Of a stretch of 64,000 nt of DNA, positions 28,001 to 48,826 are shown in pieces; positions within the stretch are counted from its first letter, which is position 1, and each line of letters starts with the position of its first letter. The position numbers and the translations under genes were made by a program. The notes below the pieces were generated by a model. The model was not told the origin of the DNA, did not search any database, and was given only the letters and a program-made list of their open reading frames with translations. Origin of the DNA: Tubiluchus corallicola (lineage: Eukaryota > Animalia > Priapulida); assembly GCA_030141605.1 (NCBI GenBank), contig JAQGDQ010000016.1, positions 250,282 through 314,281 of the forward strand, in the 5' to 3' direction.

Positions 28001-30308
28001 TCATTTTTCCTTGTTCCCAAGCAAGATCCCGCACAGACTAATGTATAATTAAGTAAAGTCCACGTTAAGCAACTAACGTTACTCAACTGGGCTTTACTTT
28101 TTATTTCTCACATGTCACGTGGCGGCTGTAGCTAAGACGCGTTGCTGTGATACACTTAACCTTTGACTTACAGCAACTGGCGTGCGCACAACGAAACGGT
28201 TTAATGCAGACATTGCATGATTATGTATGATTTAAATATAAACGTTGGGACAATACAGCGCTTACTGAAGTCACAATGGAAAAAAGAAATAAAAAACAGT
28301 TAGAAAAGTAGAAGCTGAGAAAAATTGTGATTGTGGCAAAACTGAGATTTATGAAGAATGGTGTGGAAAATTGGGAGAGGCAACAAATTATGCAGTGACG
28401 TCTAATGAGAAAATAATAATTTTTATAATACAGTTATGAAAAATATATTGAATAAAAATTAGACATGATAAAATTAAAATGTAATTACTAAAATGAGTGT
28501 AAGGAATAAGGATGGTTTAATGAGTTCACCGTGCGTGAAGGAATGTGATTATGATGTACGGTACATTTTGTTGAAATGTGGGGTAGCTAAAAATGTGTGG
28601 AAATCATACAATGAACGAAGACGATGTTCAGTTATTACGAGCACACTAGCAAAAGCCAGTGCCTGAATCAGACAAGAATTACAGTTTAGAGAAATTATGG
28701 TGGTCAATGTAAGGACAAGTACTTGGCAGGATACAATTTTTTGTTTTGCTCCTTTGCGAATTGATGTACATTAGCCTGATGGCCTACGCATGCACTGACA
28801 TCATTATGACATCAGATTGTTGACTGGGTAGCCACTGTGAAACACCTGTTTCGTCTTCACCCGTAAATTGGTTGTAACACTGCTTCATGCATGGTCTTTA
28901 AACAACGCCCATTCAAAGAACATGACAATTAAACAACATTCACAGATTGTTTTGTTTATTTAATGTACCCTATCTCCGCTATCTATTTTACCTCATGACA
29001 TCTATCCAAAATATAACCGTGTCTAATAATAGTATATGACAACTAATCTATTTTTATAACTTGTTGCTAAGCAGAAGTCAGCTTTATGCTGATTGGATGC
29101 TTGACTGACAGTGCCCATTATCTGTCAGTCATTACATAATTTGTCCACTAAATCTCATCTATCAATCATTATTACGTCAACTGCCCATTGGTTAACATTG
29201 TCTAACTATTGGTCAGTAGCATAGCTCCTACATGAGGGATGCCTATATGCTCATGTTATAAATGACTAAATAAAATAAATAACTTATGTAACCTGATCCA
29301 CTTAGCTTGCTTGTGAAACAGTCAGTGCAGCTGCGTTTACAAATATGTGTGCTTATTCAACACGACTGTACAATGCTTATTAACAGTATATTGCAGACGG
29401 AATAAGTTTAGCATTTCTAACAAGTGAGTAACTACTTAAACGATATTTTTACAAAAATTAATAAATATATAATATTTGCATACAATCCCATATTACTCAA
29501 ATGTGCAAGTTGAAATTTTGTTCTGTAAAATTTGTTACCATCAATGTTTTTGGAAGAAATATATTGCTGTTATAATCTACTCTGTACTATAATATTAAAC
29601 GATTTCGATATTAATTTTTACTTCACTCTTGGGCGTTTCTTAATTGTCAGCGAGACATGCAATAGGACATAACGGCTCTCTAGCAAGAACAAGGAAATTG
29701 TCGCACGGATAGTGAAAGATAGAGGCAGAAAAATAAAAGGGAAACCCGGATTTTGCTAATTAAATTCTGATAATGCTCATAAAAGGTAAAAGCAGCACGT
29801 AAGCTTATTATTTGGATTGTTAAAACGTTATTCCTAAAAGTAATATTGCAGATGCACTTACAGGATTAGCGGACATTCAGTTCTTCCATTTGCGATCTCC
29901 AAATTTAACACAAATTCTGCAAGAACTGTCGTATCCAGCCTCCATGTCATTGTCTCATTATATGACGTATCGGCTAATAAACAGCTATCTGTAGTTTTAG
30001 TCTCATCGTGAAGGACCATTATGTCAGTTGCAATCATGTCACATATTTGATCGTTATTCCTACAAAATAATAATAATAATGATATTGATGGTGATGACGA
30101 TGATGATGACGACGACGACGATCACGATGACATCATTGATCTCGATGCGCTAAAAAATTGTAGACGTTACGATAAATTATAAACGTTATGGCAGATTCAT
30201 TTTACAAAACTTTGTCGTAGCACACACCTAACTTTACAGCACCTTCGGAGATGTCGTAACTCGATAATAGCAGTGTTACTAATAGTATTATTACATTTCA
30301 AAAATCAT
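4008..30308 (-). CDS. VWF/gel-forming mucin family protein (SCO-spondin/otogelin/hemolectin-like), 5' 28 exons, about 1320 aa; 3' part probably lies left of the window
   Basis: Phase-consistent GT-AG exons (minus): 30308-30233, 30059-29862, 28895-28788, 27534-27508, 26956-26889, 26107-26006, 25398-25184, 24589-24469, 22324-22160, 21775-21699, 21161-21042, 20506-20347, 19128-18885, 18155-18014, 16569-16435, 16113-15940, 14923-14753, 13603-13351, 12927-12787, 11538-11418, 10352-10154, 9682-9588, 9161-9112, 8451-8225, 7531-7411, 6774-6563, 4585-4452, 4117-4008. Motifs: CCSGWTGTEC + EGF (CIPPCQNEGVCIAPNNCNC); three VWD starts (HFRSFDG, HYITFDG, HYITFDG); GLCGNYN, GMCGTFN, GLCGNFD; C8 domains (CDRGGDCECLC...WRSQELC); TIL/E modules. 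The first four exons are less certain. Confidence 0.92.
4185..4477. repeat. 44-bp minisatellite (about 6.5 copies) spanning an exon/intron junction
   Basis: Unit CATCGTATTTACGGTTCTGGTAATGCACTATACGTACCTGCAAG starts at 4283, 4327, 4371, 4415, 4459, with more diverged copies to the left. Confidence 0.9.
4795..5622. mobile_element. Degenerate non-autonomous hAT-like element
   Basis: Clusters of GGTCTT/GGTCTC subterminal-type repeats at about 4810-4950 and 5485-5610; ends poorly defined. Confidence 0.45.
6900..7215. repeat. Diverged tandem duplication (about 150-180 bp)
   Basis: GGTATACA..TTTAT.TAAGACTTCAATATA and AAAAGTATGTAGAAAAATTAGTAG...CTACTAAGGCATAACA each occur twice. Confidence 0.75.
10659..10702 (+). 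pseudogene. Highly degenerate 5S internal-promoter fragment
   Basis: AAGTCAAGTAGTGCCAAGCCTGGTTAGTAAATGGATGGGT resembles the 5S box A-IE-box C region. Confidence 0.45.
11781..12248. mobile_element. Non-autonomous DNA transposon (hAT-like) with TTCC(C/A)TGAC subterminal repeats
   Basis: Ends CAGG-TTCCCA / TGAGAACCCTG; at least six TTCC(C/A)TGAC repeats; AACAG flanks both ends. Confidence 0.6.
17072..17110. mobile_element. Solo Tigger/pogo-like terminal sequence
   Basis: TA|CAGGCAAGTCCTCGACTTACGACC resembles Tigger TIRs; partner end not found. Confidence 0.4.
20570..21030. repeat. About 45-bp intronic minisatellite (about 10 diverged copies)
   Basis: Recurring ATGTACTGAACAGTAAGAATGTGCAAT...ATCAGT at about 20573, 20671, 20715, 20764, 20809, 20852, 20896, 20941, 20986. 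Confidence 0.85.
21308..21530. mobile_element. Tc1/mariner-type MITE
   Basis: TIRs CCGGGTGTTCCAGAAGCAATAGTGCA / TGCACCATTGCTTCCAGAACACCCTG, TA on both sides. Confidence 0.8.
22856..23603. mobile_element. Tc1/mariner-pogo type MITE (TA target duplication)
   Basis: Perfect 25-bp TIRs CCGTATATACTCGCATATAAGCCGA / TCGGCTTATATGCGAGTATATACGG flanked by TA; internal GGTCGGCTTATA repeats. Confidence 0.9.
23027..23293. mobile_element. hAT-type MITE nested in the pogo-type MITE
   Basis: 13-bp TIRs CAGTGGTGTATTG / CAATACACCACTG; perfect 8-bp TSD TGTGTCAC (23019-23026, 23294-23301). Confidence 0.9.
27508..30308 (-). CDS. Putative exons 1-4 of the VWF/mucin-like gene (signal peptide + N-terminal region)
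   Basis: Exons 30059-29862 (198 nt), 28895-28788 (108 nt) and 27534-27508 (27 nt) are all open, phase 2-2, and join in frame to exon 26956-26889. Exon 30308-30233 gives MIFENVIILLVTLLLSSYDISEGAVK only if one A is added near 30296. Confidence 0.6.
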
Positions 30309-30413
30309 ATAATAATTGATCGACAGTTTGGAAATACTGTAAATACAGTAGCGGTAATTATTCAAGTAAAATATTTACTAAACAATTAACAAATAAAAAT
30401 GATCATGCACCTC

Positions 30414-30420
30414 ATTTATA
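30414..30420 (-). promoter_or_regulatory. Candidate TATA box of the VWF/mucin-like gene
   Basis: TATAAAT on the minus strand about 105 nt upstream of the putative ATG at 30308; weak evidence in AT-rich DNA. Confidence 0.35.
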
Positions 30421-30774
30421 GGAATTACTGTGCTAATTTTGTACGCACTGCGCAGTGATGATTATGCGTTGATATAATGCATAGTATTAACATCGATGAT
30501 GATGATTAGCGATAGTGATTATTGTTATTATTGCTTTCATCATTTGATTTCCATATAAAACTGTCCATATAAAAACAAAGATTCACATGATATAATTAAA
30601 ACTATAGACAATAAGAAATAAAAGTGCGCAAGGGAATAAATATTTGTACTACTATCTAAAGTCAAGGCAATGTAAAGAATTAAATTTCGCAGTTCAATTT
30701 CCCAATTTTTAAAAAATGTAAAGATAGTGACATGAATAGTGCCTCTTTTAGATTTTAGATGAGGATTGTAATGA

Positions 30775-30925
<151 letters not shown>

Positions 30926-31185
30926 GCCTCGCGCTCTCAATTTATAGCCTTTTCATGTGCAATTTTTTTAAATTGTGCCGTTTGAGACTTATATCAACAT
31001 GTGCATGAAGTGACCAGCAAGGTGATTACGGTAACTTCACAAGAAACTGACTAATCATATTTTTAATATTTGCGAAAACTAATCTTTTTGCTGAAATTAT
31101 TGCAAAGCTTTGGCCAAGAACTTGTTTGGCAAGGTGATCTGGTGTGGAGAAAATAGCATTGTTGTTAATCACGCATGTATTGTCC

Positions 31186-31728
31186 AAATCACGGCCAACT
31201 CACATTGAAAACACCGGTTCTCGTCTGATGACCGAAGTTAAGCAACGTAGAGCCTGGTTAGTACTTGGGTGGGTGACCGCCTAGGAATACCAGGTGCTGT
31301 AGGCTTGCGGAATGCCCACACTGTATCTCGACACTAGGCGGAGGAGCTGCACAAACAGTCAACGGCTAGAGGGCGGAGGAGGTCAAGTGACCAAACGGCC
31401 ATGTGTAGAGGAGTAAACCTTCCAAATCAGGAGTGGAGCCTAGAAGGCGGACCAGTGCAGCATGCTCACTGACTCCGGCAGCTAACCTGGTGCCAAACGT
31501 ATCGCTCCGCTTTCCTTTGGACTACACCAGCGAGGAAGAGAGGGGGTTCCTGTTGTCTAAGCAACTCAGGATCTCCATACGCCTTGCCCAGGCGTGCGCC
31601 CTGAGGACGTTCAAGGATTGCACTGCTCAGCTACAGTCGACGCTGCAGCTCCATCAATGTGATCAATAACTGACTCTCTTGGCCCACACTCCATTGTCTT
31701 CCGAGACAGAAGGATGCCAACCACAACC
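31186..31728 (+). mobile_element. 5S rRNA-derived SINE (SINE3 type) with RTE-LINE-derived tail
   Basis: Near full-length 5S head, about 420-bp GC-rich body, 3' end encoding SRIALLSYSRRCSS-stop then CCATTGTCTTCCGAGACAGAAGGATGCCAACCACAACC; flanked by 7-bp direct repeats ATTGTCC at 31179-31185 and 31729-31735. Confidence 0.85.
31187..31306 (+). pseudogene. 5S rRNA-like sequence (SINE head, not a canonical 5S gene)
   Basis: ACGGCC...TTGAAAACACCGGTTCTCGTCTGATGACCGAAGTTAAGCAACGTAGAGCCTGGTTAGTACTTGGGTGGGTGACCGCCTAGGAATACCAGGTGCTGTAGGCTT resembles animal 5S with several substitutions; no oligo-T terminator follows. Confidence 0.85.
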
Positions 31729-31883
31729 ATTGTCCCGACAATAGGGTAATTAAGTAACTATTATGGCTCCTGTAACGTGCAGTTTATGCAGGCGGAAATA
31801 CCCTGATGCTGTACCACGCGTAGCATTTGGACAGCTAATTATTTGTACAAAATGCCATACATCTAGAAAATCAGCACTAGACA

Positions 31884-33066
31884 ATGGCGACTTTGAAACT
31901 TTATTTGACGAATCTTAGTCCGTAAGTCAAAGCAGTACAAGCAACTGGTATGCATCTGCCAATGTCAGGTCTAATCAACTTAATGGAGAGAAAATAGTGC
32001 TCATTCACAACGAAGTAAATTATTTTGCGCAGAACCAGCTAGAAGCTGGTGTAACGTACCTAGATCTATCAATCATTATCCACGATCATTATACTGACGA
32101 GGAATGCGAAGAAGCAAAAGCGTTACTTTTGAACTTCATACTGACAGAAGCAACAGACAGGCCAGACTTCACAAAGAATAGGATCGGGCCTATAAAACGC
32201 AAAGCAATCGCGATGGACATTCTCAAACTCATGCAGTATAAGCCAATCATAGATGCAGTACCGACCCCTAGGTTTGTGTCTGCATATTTACATAAGATTC
32301 CGCCAATGATCAGTTGACACCTCGATGATTTTAAAGAAGCTGCAAATGGTTCAGCGAGAGCTTAGTGAACTCAAAGAGAACTCGATGTACAAGAGTGTAC
32401 TAGACACTCTACTGAAAGCACATCAGAATAGATCTGTACCTGCTAATGCTCCAGATTTAGTTTCATCGCAAAAGAAAAGCTATGCAGAAGCAGCTAACAG
32501 TTGTGATGAGAACTTCCAACTCTTAAATTCAGGCAAACAGCGCTCGCGTAAGAAAGTTGTTGCTGCTGTAAATGATAGCGACGGATTCGCTGAAGCTAAA
32601 AAGCGCCGACGTCCTCGGCTCGGGCAAACCAACAGCCTTAAGAAAGTGATCAGCGACTGGTAGTTTGCTTCTCAAAACGAGTAAACCGCTTCGTCGAATA
32701 TTCGTGACGCGTTTAGACCAGGACACGCAAGCGTCAGAAATTCAACATTTCATAGATGAGTCGTGTGACATCTGTGTTACTGTTGAGCAGCTCAAGACTA
32801 AATATAACACGTACTCTTCGTTTGTTATTAGCTGCCACGGTACTGACGAGTACAATGAAATTATGAGCGCCGAATTGTCGCCAGCAGGAACCTTAGTGAA
32901 ACCATATTATACGCCAAAAGTAGCAAAGAACAAAACTATTTTATCACAAACACTAACGCAAGAATCAAGACAGCCTTCGACCGGTCTGTACATATCACAT
33001 ACTCTTGCTGTACATATCACAAGTAGAACAATTAAATATGGTATTATTGTTTATACTGTGATGTAG
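31884..33066 (+). mobile_element. Frameshifted ORF1 of a CR1/L2/Daphne-group LINE, no ORF2 following
   Basis: Three ORF pieces 31997-32317, 32325-32663, 32665-33066: NEVNYFAQN...YTDEECEEAKALL...PRFVSAYLHKIPP, coiled coil, SYAEAA, and RRM-like IFVTRL...LKTKYNTYSSFVISC...PAGTLVKPYY, typical of invertebrate CR1-group ORF1. Confidence 0.75.
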
Positions 33067-34249
33067 TATTATTTTAAACTTTATTACATGTTGTCAATAA
33101 TTTGAAATGCATATGAAAAGATAAAATTGTCACGTCAAGATGTGAGCTTGTCATTTCCACCTGACATAGTGTTTAGTGACTTTTGTATTTTTTTTGACTT
33201 TGTCGCATAATGTATGCTAAATTTAGTTTGCACACTGGTAAAATTTTTAATTTTTGGTGGTGTGCAAAATAAAAATGTTTTTAGCAACAGCCTAATAGTA
33301 CATATAATAGAGGAGAGAAGCATTTTGAAACTTACAGATTATAACTTCACTTAGGATGTGTACGTATATTCATAATGTACTCGGAATGCATAATAGCCCT
33401 CTACTAATTTACATCTATAGAGACATACTCATTCTTTAAATTTTACAGTTAAACTGCATTTGCTAAACTACATTCAAATGTTCTAAAGCTAAAACTGTGA
33501 TATGTATTATACTGTTGTTATACCGTTTATACAGGCTAAGTATAACAAAGTAAATTCACTGTGAACGAGCCTTTATTTTTATATTAATAGGTTATTTGCA
33601 ACTAGTTAAAGGATGGTTATTAAAACCTACACTATTACTTTGCAATTGGATTGTGAGTTGTATCAAATTATACCAAATATATACTCTATGTAGAGATTAT
33701 GTTCTCTAGTTTGTGTTTTAATTAATTATTAGTTGGGGAATCGTGTAGTAGTAGCCTGTTCATAAATTTTTCTCTTCTTTTTTAATATTATGAATATGGT
33801 TTGGTTATTAGACAAAATTTTAGATTGCACAGTAATTGCTTTAACAGTGATTTCATCTATATTTTACTGGTTTTAGCCATGCAGTGTTTGGCATTCACTC
33901 TCTTTTCTGATTTTTTTGCAGTTAATATGTTATTATAATTACTTATTCTCTCACTCTATTAATGGGACTATCAATAGTTCACATGCATCTAGACGGTTTT
34001 CAACATGACGCATGTCAGCTGTTTACATGCAAGTCACAAACGTACATGCTTTGCATAGTATACAAATTTCTGGTGTACCGCATTCTCCTTGCCAGACAGA
34101 AACAGGAAATCTTTTTCACGCGTAAATTTACCAGACAAGTGAATTGAAGTGAAAACTTTATTGTTACATCTATATGACTACATCTAAGAGTATCCAAGGT
34201 AAAATGGCGAAAAATCATGCATTAGTGGGTTTAGCGAGTAGGCTGTTAT

Positions 34250-34660
34250 TTCTCGATGGTGTTTCGACAGTGAAATCTGACTTTTTGACCTTTAATGCGT
34301 GACCTTGAAGTCCAGGGTGAAACCAATACCTTTGGTGCCCCTCTGTGAAGCTTCTCATCATCACATACCACCATTACTCGACATATAGTACTCTCGGACG
34401 CCAACCTTCAATTTTTGCCCCCACCAGCATAGGCGAAAAAAATTTTCAGTATACATCTGGGGCACACGCAGCCTAACTCGCCCATTCCATGACCTTTGAC
34501 CCGAGTAGGAGACAATAAATCCCTACTTGAATAGTGTGCCCTGTGAGTTTCAATATAGCTTTGTGCTTCTGTGCATTATTAGGGGAACAAAAAAGGCACA
34601 AGGATAAATAACACGTGAAAGCCTCCCTTGTTGAACTGCGGGACAGCGCATGATTTCCAA
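34250..34660. repeat. Probable interspersed repeat with TGACCTT(T)GA motifs
   Basis: Repeated TGACTTTTTGACCTT, TGACCTTGA and GACCTTTGACC motifs like those of invertebrate non-autonomous elements; boundaries not resolved. Confidence 0.35.
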
Positions 34661-35211
34661 TGAAATACAAAGAAATTTACATTTTTCAATGTGATATATT
34701 TTAATAATACGCTGCCATGGAAAATCACTGGCACTTGTTTAAACTATCAATTATAGTCTTTCCGACTCGGACTCATAGAGTGAAAGAAATCTTGTCACAA
34801 AATTTGCAGCTTAGATAACTATTTCAACATAACTAAGACAAAAAACTCTGTAGTAAAAGCTAGTAAACTTTTCTTTAAAAAGCAAGATTTAAAATCCCTT
34901 TAGGGTTCTGAAACTGAAAAATATGAAGAATAAGAGTACTGAAACATCAACCAGCTAAACTGTTAAAACATTTGCTGCTAAAAAGAGAAAAGAAAAATGT
35001 ATAGTTAAACAAAAAAAATACATGTATGTAAAAATACAGAATAATTAATTAGTAAAAGCTCGGAACCAGTGTTGTTTTTGTTACTGTAGAATGAATAGAC
35101 TCAAGCGACTACATATAGATATATTTTTGAAAACAACTGAACACTAGTTAGAATGAATCGAGCGTCTTCACCCGTTATGATCATTTATCTGGTAATTCAT
35201 TTTTTTCGGTT

Positions 35212-35214
<3 letters not shown>

Positions 35215-35248
<34 letters not shown>
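35215..35248. repeat. (TA)n microsatellite
   Basis: Direct observation; shorter (TA)n at about 42820-42840 and 43635-43652. Confidence 0.9.
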
Positions 35249-35253
<5 letters not shown>

Positions 35254-35842
35254 AATCTCTCCAAAACTTGTCTTTAAGTAAACACTCCATTAATGCTGAA
35301 AAATAGAGAGACCTTGTATCATTTAAGACTGGTTTTTTTTGTTAAGAACGCTAGTCTGAGACTGTGCCTTTAGCTATAAGTTTCCTAGGATTTTCTTGTT
35401 TAAATCTTTACTTAGTGGTGCTGTGTGCAGAGATTATAGGTTCGCGGGATAAAGGTAAGAAATAGCATAGAAACTCAGGTAACTAACTACCTGTCGCTCG
35501 GTATTTTATTTTTATAAATCAAATTACTGATTTAAATCAAGTCAGCAATTGAATGTTAAAAATTCGGCACGGAGCCATACTAAATTAATATCAATATGTC
35601 TGGCCCAGCTAAATGATTCCTTGGAAGACAGTCGAAAAATTCATCCTTGCAACTAGTCTACCAGATTCAGCATTTCCGATGTTAGATCGCTGACACTAGA
35701 TTGGTTCTCTAATTAAATTATACTTTTGATTAATTAATGGCAACATTATTATTGCAGTAATAACATTATTATTCATAATTTACAAACACAAAAATAATTA
35801 AACTTTGATACCAAATTTGAAAGGCAGGAAATGTGGAAAAAT

Positions 35843-35914
35843 CGGCGGCCTGTATTTGAACAAGGGACCTTCTGCTTTACAATGCAGACGCTTAAGACCA
35901 CTAAGCCATGTCCC
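35843..35914 (-). pseudogene. tRNA-derived sequence (SINE head or tRNA pseudogene)
   Basis: A box TGGCTTAGTGG, anticodon-like stem TCTGC/GCAGA, B box GTTCAAATAC; acceptor stem does not pair well. Confidence 0.55.
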
Positions 35915-35985
35915 AATGGTTAAGGTAATTCAAAGTTTATTCAATCTCTCAAAGGGAAACCTATTTATATTTTAGGTTAACAGTC

Positions 35986-47959
<11,974 letters not shown>

Positions 47960-48257
47960 GATGTACAATTTCATCAACAGTGTAATGAGATAATCCGCTT
48001 GGTTGCCGTACTTGATTAGAAGTTAGTTTTGAAGGCTATCTAGTATCCATTATAGTTATAGAACACTGTATTGTTATGACACTGTGCTGTTATGTTACTG
48101 TGTTGATTTACTAGTACATGTATATCTCTGGATGTGTGTAATAGGATCTTACAATTGTTTTTTTAAATTACATGCATAAAAGGTACGTAAATAACCATTG
48201 CAAATTCTTAAATTTACAACGAATGTTTTTCATGTTATTCGACCAGTGGGATAAATG

Positions 48258-48263
48258 AATAAA
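48258..48263 (+). terminator. Candidate polyadenylation signal of the amine oxidase gene
   Basis: AATAAA about 300 nt after the TAA stop at 47957-47959. Confidence 0.35.
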
Positions 48264-48826
48264 GTGGCATATCAAGCTTAGATTTTTTCAACCAAAGCTT
48301 GTAGTGCATCATAAGAAGTTAACAATCATTAAATAACTGATGTCTTTGAGAAGAAAATACTAAAAATTTCTTCATCTAAGCAATTGGGTTCCTAATACAT
48401 ATAAACACATTTAGAATGCAAAATATGGCAAAATTTAGTAGATCAAATTGATAGAGTAGCTCTTGTTTGTAGGTTACAGTTTGTAGAGAAGATTTATGTA
48501 ACAAATACCTGTTGTTTAAAAAAATTGAATAAATTGCAGATTTTATAGTAATGAAAATCTGACTCATTTTTATGACAGATCTTGCACGTGATAAAAATCA
48601 AGCTGAGACAATTCTTGTATACACATTCAACTATTAATAAAATAATATGGCAAGATATTTGCCCTAAGTATTAACTTCAAACAATAATTATTGATGAAAT
48701 GATTAGCACACGGTCAAAATTGTGTACAATAAAAAGAATCCGCTCACAGTGAAGTTGAAAGCGACAAACTCATCCATCGTGTAACAGGTAGTAGCGGTAC
48801 TACTAATAGTACAACTTATTCACCCA

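Noticed and set aside
31187-31306. Functional 5S rRNA gene
   Set aside because: Solitary, altered 5' end, no oligo-T terminator, and enclosed with the downstream body by a TSD.
31500-31580. HDV-like ribozyme in the SINE body (TCCTCGCTGG on the minus strand)
   Set aside because: I could not build the P1/P2/P3 pairings by eye; an Infernal/RNArobo search would be needed.
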